NCBI GenBank assembly: GCA_965219325.1
Contig: OZ244723.1
Span: 1,642,158-1,706,157, forward strand
Source: Dehalococcoidia bacterium
GTDB lineage: Bacteria; Chloroflexota; Dehalococcoidia; Lucifugimonadales; UBA2962
Length of the DNA: 64,000 nt
Direction of reading: 5' to 3'
Positions 20,304 to 28,891 of the stretch are shown one piece after another. The notes under the pieces were generated by a model, which saw only the letters and a program-made list of their open reading frames with translations, did not search any database and was not told where the DNA came from. A program made the translations under genes and the position numbers. Each line of letters starts with the position of its first letter. Position 1 is the first letter of the stretch.

Positions 20304-21070
20304 GCCACCGCGCCCTCTTGCTGTTGAGGCGCGGGTTCCTCGGGGCCCGGCGGGAACTGCTCGCGCCCCAGGAACCCCTCGCAGACCGCTCGCCCGCCGC
20401 CGTGCAGGCCGGACACCCAGTTGCGCTGATCGGTGAGCATATGGCGCTGGTTGGGGTCGACGTCCGCCGTGCCCTCGCCTTCGGGCCATAGGGACCTTAT
20501 AGACGAGGCGCTGCCGGCTACCTTGGCAAGGGGCCAGTCCCGCAAGGCCGCCAGGGCGGTGTCGCCGTCGATGAACCCCGCGAACAGTTGGGCTGAGGGT
20601 AAGCATGGCTTGCGGCCGATGAACAGGGGGCGGGCCGGTTCCCGCAGAGCGTCTGCCAGGCCTTCCAGTGCCGGCTCTCCATCTACCGGATCGAGGCGCA
20701 GGGCGACGGTTACAATCATGTCTGCGAAGTAATCGCGGTAGCGCAGGTGATTTCGATAGTTTCCGCCACCGCGGCCTTCGGGATATCCTCGAGTGGTCCA
20801 GTTGAGTTCGGTTTTGTTGATGGCGGCGCTCTGAAAGTCCCGCATGCTGAGGCCGCCGTGGGGTTCCCGGTCGATGCGGGCGGCGAAGACCAACCTGTCC
20901 TGAAGCCCCTGATGCCGCTCCCGCTCGATGCGCCGCCAGCCCAGGGCGTTGGCCAACAGGCCGGTGAGCATTGACGCCGCCGGGAAGGATCTGATGATGC
21001 CGTAGCTGTCGACGGTTTCGCCACCGAAGGCCATCAGGGGGGATTCCAGGTTCACAATAAGGTGCCGCAT
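20300..21070 (-). CDS. cas5e: Cas5e (CasD)
   Basis: 256 aa, beginning MRHLIVNLESPLMAFGGETVDSYGIIRSFPAASMLTGLLANALG, a typical Cas5e N-terminus. Confidence 0.88.
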   Translation of the reverse strand: MRHLIVNLESPLMAFGGETVDSYGIIRSFPAASMLTGLLANALGWRRIERERHQGLQDRLVFAARIDREPHGGLSMRDFQSAAINKTELNWTTRGYPEGRGGGNYRNHLRYRDYFADMIVTVALRLDPVDGEPALEGLADALREPARPLFIGRKPCLPSAQLFAGFIDGDTALAALRDWPLAKVAGSASSIRSLWPEGEGTADVDPNQRHMLTDQRNWVSGLHGGGRAVCEGFLGREQFPPGPEEPAPQQQEGAVA

Positions 21071-21073
21071 GGT

Positions 21074-22249
21074 CTATGCCGCTTGGCCGTTGCGGACCGA
21101 GTCTGCGACCCACGATGCGAGATCGTCCAGGGACACGCGCTCGGAGTCGGGCATGTCGCAGTCCTCGACCGACATCACGCGGCGCACCTCGCGCGACCCG
21201 TAGGCCGCATCGAGCTTTTGCAGGTACCCGGACAGGGCGGTGGCGGCCTCTCCCGTCTGTGCCTCGCTGGGGTTACGGTAGGCGTTGGCGAGGCTGCGCG
21301 GCTGGCGGGATCCGGCCTCGATCAGCATCAGGTCGGCGTAGCCGTAGGGCGCGGTGGAGCCCAGCTTTGCGCCGGGCGTGACAGTGGCTATGAGATGCGT
21401 CAGATGCTCCACGACCTTGGCGGCTAGGGCTCTATCGGCGCTCTCCCACTCTTCGGCGGCGCAGCCCTCCAGGTTGGAGACCAGCCCGGGCACGTCAACC
21501 ACGACGTAGCCGTAGAACAGGCCGGCGGTGAGTTCCATATCGCCTATATGGGCGGCCCCGGAGTCCTCGTCCCCGCTCTGCAAGTCGTCGACCACTGAGA
21601 AGTAGTCGCTTTCGCTCTCCTCGCTATGCACGGTGAAAGCGTGGGCGACATGTACGGCGGCGTCGATGTTGGATCCGGGGTCCGATGTGACCATGCGTCC
21701 GAACAGGGCCCCTTCGAGTCCGGCGGGGAGTCGAGCCCCGTTCAGGAGGGCGCGGAAGTTCCTGCCCTCACCCCGGCGCGTGTTGAAAAGCTTGGTTGCG
21801 GCGTCTGCGGCGGCCTTGGTGTCTGCGGAATGTTCGGCGCAAATGGCGGCGGCCAGCTCGCGTAGGTGTTCCACTTCTGGGAGCCCCAGCAACAGGGGTT
21901 GGCGTCCGGATTCGGACGCACCGCTCTTGCCGTACACGCCGATATTGAATGCGTCCCGTACCGCATCGATAACTTCGTCGCCGTACTGGTGGCTCTCGCG
22001 CAGCGGCTCGATGATCTTTCGTTCGACCACGTTACGCGATCGCACGGCGCCCTCGGCGCCGGGGATGCTGTGGATGGCGAACTCGTCTTGTGCCACGCGC
22101 CAATGGCGCTTGAGGCACTGGGACGAAATGCGGGTCCGGATCGCTCCGCCAAAGGGCATGCGCTTGGCCAGCCCGCTGTCGTCACGGTTCAGCAGTGCCG
22201 CCGGGTAGGAGTGCAGTGTGTGGATTTGCAGGAATCTGGAGATGGTCAT
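21074..22249 (-). CDS. cas7e: Cas7e (CasC/Cse4) Cascade backbone subunit
   Basis: ORF 21074..22372. The likely true start is MTISRFLQIHTLHSYPAALLNRDDSG, with the ATG at 22249 preceded by GAGGAG. It begins after the cse2 stop at 22272. Confidence 0.88.
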   Translation of the reverse strand: MTISRFLQIHTLHSYPAALLNRDDSGLAKRMPFGGAIRTRISSQCLKRHWRVAQDEFAIHSIPGAEGAVRSRNVVERKIIEPLRESHQYGDEVIDAVRDAFNIGVYGKSGASESGRQPLLLGLPEVEHLRELAAAICAEHSADTKAAADAATKLFNTRRGEGRNFRALLNGARLPAGLEGALFGRMVTSDPGSNIDAAVHVAHAFTVHSEESESDYFSVVDDLQSGDEDSGAAHIGDMELTAGLFYGYVVVDVPGLVSNLEGCAAEEWESADRALAAKVVEHLTHLIATVTPGAKLGSTAPYGYADLMLIEAGSRQPRSLANAYRNPSEAQTGEAATALSGYLQKLDAAYGSREVRRVMSVEDCDMPDSERVSLDDLASWVADSVRNGQAA

Positions 22250-22271
22250 GGTCGAACTCCTCTGTCTGATG

Positions 22272-22889
22272 CTATTCGTGTTCGCCCGCAGGGGCCGGGG
22301 AGTTGCGTCGCGCCGCATCGTAGTAGGCGCGGGCAATGCGGCGTCGGCCCTGCTCGGCAGCCTCTTGGTCATAGCCTTCGTTCAGGATGAATTGGGCCAT
22401 CTCCCGCCAGTTGAAGGACGCGTTGGCGGCGGCAAGCATCCGGAACATCCGGGCCAGCAGGGTTCGCAGCATGGGCCCCCGCGCCGTCAGCAGGCGGTTG
22501 AGCCGAGTCTCGCTGTAAAGGGCTGAAGTCCGCTGCGATTCTCCGCCGAGGTACAGCGTCCGTCCTACGTGTCTGTAGCCGTCGTGGGGGGAGCGGGCGT
22601 TGCCGTCTCCGGCGGCCGTGGGCGTCATCAGCGCGATGCCGTGGAGGATGAGCGCCCACTTGCCTTCCAGGGTGGAACTGCCCAGCAAGTCGTGCTGGGC
22701 CAGCAGCTTCCAGAAGGCTGCGGCATAGGGGCCGTCCAGGTTCATGCGTCGCAGTTCGGCCAGATCACCCCGGCGAAATTCGGCACGGGCCATCTGTCCT
22801 GCGAAATCGACGGCGATGTCCCCCCAGGGCCGGGACTCGCCGTGTTGTGTGGGAGCGTCGGGTGCCGCTACATCTTGCGTAGTGCTCAT
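22272..22889 (-). CDS. cse2: Cse2 (CasB/Cas11e) small Cascade subunit
   Basis: 205 aa. Its position between cas8e and cas7e fits. The 4-nt overlap with the cas8e stop suggests coupling. Confidence 0.8.
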   Translation of the reverse strand: MSTTQDVAAPDAPTQHGESRPWGDIAVDFAGQMARAEFRRGDLAELRRMNLDGPYAAAFWKLLAQHDLLGSSTLEGKWALILHGIALMTPTAAGDGNARSPHDGYRHVGRTLYLGGESQRTSALYSETRLNRLLTARGPMLRTLLARMFRMLAAANASFNWREMAQFILNEGYDQEAAEQGRRRIARAYYDAARRNSPAPAGEHE

Positions 22890-24478
22890 CCATCAATCTC
22901 CTGAGTCGCTTGGTCGAAGAGGAACGGCAGGCCGCTGTTCCCGCGTATCCGTCCCTCGAACAGCCCTTCGGCGGCGACGCGGGCCCTGTAGCGGTGTATC
23001 GACGGGCAGGGCAGGGTGGACTCCGCGTCATCGAGCAGGACACGGGCGTGGTCGATCACGCCATCGCTGCCGTTCATCAACCAATTGTTCCGAATGGCCT
23101 GGCGTTCGCCGGGATTGGCCTCCAACTCGCATTGAAGGCCCTCGAAGAAGCGGGCATCCACGATTTCGTCGAGGCGGTTCAGCCAGACACGAGTCATATT
23201 GCGGTGCTCGGGACTGACCTTGTCGTGATCGCCGCGTGCGGCGAAGATCTGTATTGCGTGGCTCAGGATGCGCTGGACTATGCTGACGTTTTGAATTCGT
23301 GACTGAGCGATCTCGCCGGGTTCCGGGGATGCGTTGCGACGCAGCATGGCGGTTCGGAGCTTTTTCCTTATGGGGATGACGCGCTCGTAATAGCCTTCGG
23401 TCTTACCCTGCCCCCGTACCATCGCGCGGGCCACCAACTGCATCGTTTCGTCGGACCGCTGCTCGGAGTTGGTCGGCCTGAGCAGGGCTGGGTGTTCCCA
23501 GTCAGCCGAGTTGGTCAGGTATTCCGCGACCCGCTTGTAGTTGAACCCTCCGCGGCCCAAAGTCAGCGGCAGACCATCCTTTTTTCTATTGGTGGGAGTC
23601 CAGGGGTCGCCGGTCCTACCCTTGAAGGCCTTCCCATCTATGCGGGCCGCCTTTGACGTGGTCCTAATCCCATCTATGCGGCCGCTGGCACCGGATCGCA
23701 GGCGGATACGGCGGCACACTTCTATGTAGAGGGGATGGACGCCATTCAGCATAAGTGTCTCGGCCCGATCTCCATCCCAGGGCAGAGTCCATAGCAGCTT
23801 ATGGCCGCCATGTTGCATCGGATATTCGTCCAAGAGAGTCGGCAGGTATTCCAGCAGCGCGATGATGTCACGCCTTACGTGGGCGCCAATGCCTCCACCG
23901 GCTGGGGCAAGGGCGAATGCAGGCCTGTTGCCGAGGCCGCCGTTCATACGGGAGATACCGTAGTTGCCGGCCCCACCGAATCCCTCCATTGTCTGCAGGG
24001 TACTGAGGGCGAAGATCCAGTCGTCGAAGCTTGCATGGACCGCCACCGCCGATTTGAGGTCGTGGTTCTTGGAAGTGACCAGCATGTCCAACTCGTCGGG
24101 GGTGGAGATCGCGTCCTTGTAGTCCTTTTCCCCTTCCTTGGAACGGGCGGGGGGCTGCATGAAGGCTGGCCTGGTGATGTCGTCCACTACCAGGTGCCAT
24201 GGCTCGTCGTCCGGGTAGTGCGGCGTGAGGCCGCGAATCAGGTGACCCCACTCGTCCGCGTCTTCCGGTGGGCTGTCCCTGCCGGCTTGGTGTATCGCAA
24301 TTGCGCCGAGTTGAACCAAGAATGCGTGCCAGGCGTGGCGTTGGTGGGGACGTAGCGCCGGGAATGACGCCACGCTATCGTTCATTAGAGCGGCGTAGAC
24401 ATCCGGTAGGGATGCCTCGATGCGGCCCCCAGCGGACTGATCGAATCGGATGAGAGGTTCGGTTAGCAGATTGAGCAT
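22886..24478 (-). CDS. cas8e: Cas8e (Cse1/CasA) large Cascade subunit
   Basis: ORF 22886..24934. The likely true start is MLNLLTEPLIRFDQSAGGRIEASLPDVY, with the ATG near 24478. The 152-aa N-terminal extension in the ORF track crosses the intergenic region and the cas3 3' end. Confidence 0.85.
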   Translation of the reverse strand: MLNLLTEPLIRFDQSAGGRIEASLPDVYAALMNDSVASFPALRPHQRHAWHAFLVQLGAIAIHQAGRDSPPEDADEWGHLIRGLTPHYPDDEPWHLVVDDITRPAFMQPPARSKEGEKDYKDAISTPDELDMLVTSKNHDLKSAVAVHASFDDWIFALSTLQTMEGFGGAGNYGISRMNGGLGNRPAFALAPAGGGIGAHVRRDIIALLEYLPTLLDEYPMQHGGHKLLWTLPWDGDRAETLMLNGVHPLYIEVCRRIRLRSGASGRIDGIRTTSKAARIDGKAFKGRTGDPWTPTNRKKDGLPLTLGRGGFNYKRVAEYLTNSADWEHPALLRPTNSEQRSDETMQLVARAMVRGQGKTEGYYERVIPIRKKLRTAMLRRNASPEPGEIAQSRIQNVSIVQRILSHAIQIFAARGDHDKVSPEHRNMTRVWLNRLDEIVDARFFEGLQCELEANPGERQAIRNNWLMNGSDGVIDHARVLLDDAESTLPCPSIHRYRARVAAEGLFEGRIRGNSGLPFLFDQATQEIDG

Positions 24479-24571
24479 CTTGGAAGTATTCAGCGTGTAA
24501 CGTATAACGTTCAGCGCTGTAAATGTTACTATGGACTTACAGACGGATGTCAAGAGCCAAGTCGCAACAGA

Positions 24572-24653
24572 GTTGCCCCGCGTTCGGGGATAGCCCGACT
24601 TACAGCGCAGAGCGCTATTCCTAACTTCCCCCGCACACGCGGGGATAGAGACC
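24572..24653 (+). repeat. Two degenerate CRISPR-repeat-like elements in inverted orientation (mini-array remnant) between cas3 and cas8e
   Basis: On the plus strand: GTTGCCCCGCGTTCGGGGATAGCC (24572-24595), a 29-nt gap, then CTTCCCCCGCACACGCGGGGATAGAGACC (24625-24653). The second closely matches the crRNA-sense repeat but lies on the opposite strand to the main array. Confidence 0.6.
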
Positions 24654-24692
24654 ACAACAAGGGCCGGAAACCGGGGTCTGGCCCGCCTACGC

Positions 24693-27476
24693 TCACCGCA
24701 GGCCCAGTTCGTCGTAGCGGAATGCTCGGTCGCCGATGCGGAAGGTGAAACCCCTGTCGGCAATGTCGTGCGCGATGGGGCCGTCAACGTTGACGCCACA
24801 CAGCCACCTTGCCGGGACCGCAATGCTCTCGATGGCCCGGCCAGATTGGAATGGGCTGGGCGGCGGCGGGTCGAACTCCACATCAATGCCCTCGTCACCC
24901 AGCCGTGTGCGGATTCGCTCCTCCACGGAGTCAAAGACCACCCCGCGATTTTCGGTGTAGAAGGACTTGTCTCGCCGAATGATGGAGTTGCGGGCGGTCA
25001 GGCCCTCGGCCAACTTACCGCCCGTCACCGCGTTGGCGTGAATGCGCCAATCGTCTCCCTTGTCCTGGACGATGATCTCCAGCGCCTCTGGGTGGGTGGC
25101 CCGTTCCACCAAGTAGCGGTTCATCCTGGGGATACTCCAGTGACCAGACTCGGCAATCAGCCGCCGGGTGGCTTCCAGAATGCGGAGATCCTCGTAGACG
25201 TGGCCGTGTTGGCCGAGTCCGTTCGGGTTTTGGCCACGTTTCAGCAGCGTCGAAAGGTCTTCGCCCTCCGGCATCAATACCACGCTGCGGGGCTCTGCGT
25301 AGCCTTTGGGCCGATCGGTCCGTTGGTGTCTGTGCAGGCGGCCAATGCGCTGCAGCAACACGTCCGCCGGGCATAGGTCTGTGATCAGCAGGTCGGCATC
25401 GATGTCCAGCGATTGCTCCAGGGTCTGCGTCCCAACCACGATGACCCCATTGGAATCGCGGTCCTTGCCGAGCCGCTTCTCCACCTCGTCATCGAGCAGT
25501 CGGCGGTCGGCGGCGGTGAACCGGCCATGATGCAGCGTCGGTTTGCCCTCGCAGTCAAACAGCAGGCCGCGGTCACTGCCTTTTGCGGCCCGGTCCACCG
25601 CCTGCTGGGTGTCAACGGCGTAGTTGACCGTGTTGCGTACTACCAGGACCTTTGCCCCGGCCCGCGCCGCCCACAACGCCATTTCCGCCACCCGATCGAA
25701 GTCGTGCATCAGCGGCTCTGCCTTGATGTTGACGGTCTTCTCACGGTCGTTCCCGCCGACCCTCTCACTGTCGGATGCCATCGTGCTGAAGGCCGGGTAG
25801 GGCGAGTCGACGGCCTGATCCAGTGACATGCGGTCTTTGGGGCCTGGACGTCCTGCCGACAGCCACTCCAGCCGCGCATCGGAGCCCAGCGTTGCTGACA
25901 TCAAAAGTGCATAACCCCCCGCGCCCCGGTGGGCTTCGAGCAGGGACCTGAGTATGCGGCGCATGTACGGATCGGAGGCGTGGACCTCGTCCACGACCAG
26001 CAGGTTGCGAGATAGGCAGGCCGCCCGCATGTGAGCATGCTTTACCTTGAGTGCCGCCATCATGGCCTGGTCCACGGTGCCAACGGAGATCTGCGCCGCG
26101 AGATAACGCTTGGCGCTCTCAGCTGCCCAGCGCCTTCCCCGCGTGGCATCGTCCGGGTGGTCGTCCCACCGCACCTCGTAGTCCGGCAGGTGGCGTCCGG
26201 TAATCTCCCCGGCCTTAAGGTAGCCGGGAACTGCCAACACGACCTCCGGGCGGTGCTCTTCCGGGAACATTCGTTCGGCAAAGCGGGTTACTCGGCCGTG
26301 CAGCTGAGTGGCGGCGGCACGGGTTGGAAGAGCGAAGTACAGACCGTCGACCAGTCTCTGGTGGTACATATTGGCAAACCGCCACAGAGCCGCCTCAGTC
26401 TTACCGGAACCGGTTTCCGACTCGATGATGACCAGACGGTCATCTGGCGAGATATCCTTCGCCGCCCTGCGCTGGATGGAGTTGGGATCGAACCCGAACA
26501 GTCGGGTGAACCCGGGGAGTCCACCGCGCATCGCGTCTCGTTGACACGATATGTCCAACCCGATCTTCGAAACGGCGTCCCGAGCCCGTTTCCGTGCCTT
26601 GTCGATGTATTTCTCGTCACGTTCCGCGGAAAATGGGAACCAGTCTTCATTGGAGCCAATCCAGTCGGCCAGGGTGCACAGCCCCAGGAACATGTGCTGA
26701 AAGGCCGGCGAGGACGGAAGCGGCGGAGCGTCGGGTTTCCTGGCGGCCTCGAACCACCGGCCGACCTGCCGGCCAACGTGCCGCACGCACTCGGCGGGCT
26801 CCAGGCCAAATTGGCGGCGCCAGATTGCCGGGTTGGGTTCGCGCTGCCCCTCCAGCTGCAGGGGCAGCCCGTGGTGCGAGAGGGTGGCGACTAGCAGGGC
26901 GCAGACGGTCTCGCCCCCCTGATCGTCCCAGGACATGGCCTCATCCCACCAGCCCAGAGAGTCGAAGAACCAGCTGGCCGTGGCGCCGTCTTGGCCGCTA
27001 AGTACCGGAGTCAGGTCCAGGGTGTGTCCGGCCGGGCGGATTCGGGGGCCTTCCTGAAGGTATCGGGATTCCCAAATCTGTGTCTGAAACCCCATGTTGA
27101 CCTTGCCGATATCGTGCAGGGCGGCGAAGAGGGCAAGCCGCGCCGCGGTCGACTCGTCGATGACCTTGAGCCCGCCGGCGGTGGCCAGTCGATCCCGAAT
27201 TGTCGGCTGGGCCACCAGGGCCTCGAAGCACGCGCCTACATCGGCAAGGTGGTGCTCCAGCAGATGTATACGCTTGGGGTAACCGTCACGCGGCTGCGAT
27301 TTTGCCCAATGGAACCTGGTGTAGGCTGGCGAACTATCGGCGGTCGTTATTCTCGGCTCCCCATTCCCATTCTCGTTGACACCTGCCATCACTGGCTGCT
27401 GCTCAAAGTAGACCACGTTGTCTGTCGACGTCCAAGATAAATGTCCGTGCAAGGATATGGCCGACGTGCCGGTCAT
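24693..27476 (-). CDS. cas3: Cas3 HD-nuclease/helicase (I-E)
   Basis: 927 aa. HD domain (HLLEHHLADVG, LFAALHDIGK). Helicase motifs: SETGSGKTEAAL, LLVVDEVHASD, LLMSATL. The start may instead be MAGVNENG near 27389, because the first codons overlap the response-regulator fragment. Confidence 0.93.
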   Translation of the reverse strand: MTGTSAISLHGHLSWTSTDNVVYFEQQPVMAGVNENGNGEPRITTADSSPAYTRFHWAKSQPRDGYPKRIHLLEHHLADVGACFEALVAQPTIRDRLATAGGLKVIDESTAARLALFAALHDIGKVNMGFQTQIWESRYLQEGPRIRPAGHTLDLTPVLSGQDGATASWFFDSLGWWDEAMSWDDQGGETVCALLVATLSHHGLPLQLEGQREPNPAIWRRQFGLEPAECVRHVGRQVGRWFEAARKPDAPPLPSSPAFQHMFLGLCTLADWIGSNEDWFPFSAERDEKYIDKARKRARDAVSKIGLDISCQRDAMRGGLPGFTRLFGFDPNSIQRRAAKDISPDDRLVIIESETGSGKTEAALWRFANMYHQRLVDGLYFALPTRAAATQLHGRVTRFAERMFPEEHRPEVVLAVPGYLKAGEITGRHLPDYEVRWDDHPDDATRGRRWAAESAKRYLAAQISVGTVDQAMMAALKVKHAHMRAACLSRNLLVVDEVHASDPYMRRILRSLLEAHRGAGGYALLMSATLGSDARLEWLSAGRPGPKDRMSLDQAVDSPYPAFSTMASDSERVGGNDREKTVNIKAEPLMHDFDRVAEMALWAARAGAKVLVVRNTVNYAVDTQQAVDRAAKGSDRGLLFDCEGKPTLHHGRFTAADRRLLDDEVEKRLGKDRDSNGVIVVGTQTLEQSLDIDADLLITDLCPADVLLQRIGRLHRHQRTDRPKGYAEPRSVVLMPEGEDLSTLLKRGQNPNGLGQHGHVYEDLRILEATRRLIAESGHWSIPRMNRYLVERATHPEALEIIVQDKGDDWRIHANAVTGGKLAEGLTARNSIIRRDKSFYTENRGVVFDSVEERIRTRLGDEGIDVEFDPPPPSPFQSGRAIESIAVPARWLCGVNVDGPIAHDIADRGFTFRIGDRAFRYDELGLR

Positions 27477-27939
27477 CTTCCTGTCGGCCTACGGCCAAGA
27501 GGAGATCATTGCCAGGGCCTTCGAGAATGGGGCCGACGATTACGTGGTCAAGCCCTTTTCGCCGACTGAGCTTGTGGCGAGGATCAAGGCGGCCCTGCGC
27601 AAGCGGGAAGCGCCCGAATGGGCCGAGCCGTCGAAACCCTTCGTGCTGGGGGAGTTGGCCGTCGACTACGCCGAGCGCCGCGTGACGCTGGCCGGGCGTC
27701 CCGTGCAGTTGACCGCCATCGAGTACGGACTGCTCTTCGAGCTATCGGCCAACGCCGGTCGCGTGATGACCTACGACCGGCTGCTGCAACGGGTCTGGGG
27801 CCTGCGGAGGTCGGGCGACTCGCGGCGGGTGCGCACCGCCGCCAAGCAGCTCCGCCGCAAGCTGGGCGACGACGCCAACAACCCCACCTACATCCTCAAC
27901 GAGCCCCGCGTCGGCTACCGGATGGCGAAGGGGGAGTAG
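27457..27939 (+). pseudogene. 5'-truncated OmpR-family response regulator
   Basis: PVIFLSAYGQEEIIARAFENGADDYVVKPFSPTELVARIKAALRK is the last third of a receiver domain. A complete winged-helix output domain follows (LTAIEYGLLFELSANAGRVMTYDRLLQRVWG...YILNEPRVGYRM). The phospho-acceptor region is missing. Confidence 0.8.
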
Positions 27940-27998
27940 GTGGGAACGAAAACGCCCATCCCTCAACACTCAACTACAGGGAGAGGAGACTCATCAAG

Positions 27999-28799
27999 AT
28001 GATGGTCAACTACATGTCAGACGTTGCCGAGGAGATGAACTGGAAGTCTGCGAAGATACGTCGCGACTTCGCTCAGCACAGACTGTCGGCTGGCGAAAAC
28101 CGTCAAGATTTGGTGGCCCAGTTCCTCGTCGATCACCTTCCGAAGCGCCTTGGCATCGATACCGGGTTCGTAGTCTCACCGGACGATGAATTCTCGAATC
28201 AAGCCGATCTCATAATTGTCGACAAGGAGAACAACGCGCCTCTGTACCCCAACTACCGGAATAGGCTGTGGCCTGTTGAGTCCGTCTATGCGCTGATTGA
28301 GGTGAAGACACGTCTAAACCCTGCTGACATAGACGACGCCATCACCAAGGGGCGGAAGTTCAAGGCTCTGCCAAGGGATTTCTGCCAGACTCGCACCCCG
28401 CAGTACATTAGGAACTCGCTGTTTGTGATATGGGCATTCGAGTCACCCGAACCAGAGACGCTCAAGGAACGGCTCAATGAGAAACTGAGCGATATTGACG
28501 TGGCTGAACAGCCTGACCTGGTGGTCGTTCCTGATCTCTTGGTGGCGCATATGGGGCAATACCGTGAGACCGTCAGGCTGGGAGAGCCGGGTAGCCGGTA
28601 CCGGAGTGACACTAAGGAGGACCGTCAAGGCAGCTTGTCCGGTCTGACAAGTGAACCTCTGAGCGTCTACCGGCTCGGCGAGCACTCATTGCTGGCTTGG
28701 TATGTCTGGCTCGATTCATGGCTCCGACAAGCTGGTAGTCGATTTTGTGACCCCATTCGATACCTACCAGACGGCTACAACTTTGGGACGCAGGTATGA
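27999..28799 (+). CDS. PD-(D/E)xK-like nuclease-fold protein (DUF6602-like)
   Basis: ATG at 27999 after GGGAGAGGAG. GENRQDLVAQFLVDHLPKRL...SNQADLIIVDKENNAPLY...VESVYALIEVKTRL gives a D...E-V-K pattern. The first 127 aa of ORF 27618..28799 are an out-of-frame read over the regulator fragment. Confidence 0.6.
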   Translation: MMVNYMSDVAEEMNWKSAKIRRDFAQHRLSAGENRQDLVAQFLVDHLPKRLGIDTGFVVSPDDEFSNQADLIIVDKENNAPLYPNYRNRLWPVESVYALIEVKTRLNPADIDDAITKGRKFKALPRDFCQTRTPQYIRNSLFVIWAFESPEPETLKERLNEKLSDIDVAEQPDLVVVPDLLVAHMGQYRETVRLGEPGSRYRSDTKEDRQGSLSGLTSEPLSVYRLGEHSLLAWYVWLDSWLRQAGSRFCDPIRYLPDGYNFGTQV

Positions 28800-28891
28800 C
28801 GGTGGTTGTCGCTGCTCGACTGACCTAGACGCAAACGTCAGCGTGTCTGCTCAGCTTTGATACACCAGACGACATATTTCAATCTGGAGGA

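Noticed and set aside
20304-21113. N-terminal 270 aa of the 520-aa minus-strand ORF (Arg/Pro-rich)
   Set aside because: It is an out-of-frame read over cas5e in GC-rich DNA. The real Cas6e starts at MTMTAEAT (20303).
24479-24934. 152-aa N-terminal extension of the cas8e ORF, and the 41-aa extension of cas7e (22250-22372)
   Set aside because: The extensions cross intergenic DNA or neighbouring genes. Canonical Cas8e/Cas7e N-termini start at internal Met codons, one of which has a good RBS.
27618-27998. First 127 aa of the 393-aa plus-strand ORF
   Set aside because: This is an Arg/Ala-rich alternative frame over the response-regulator fragment. The nuclease-like protein starts at the ATG at 27999 with an RBS.
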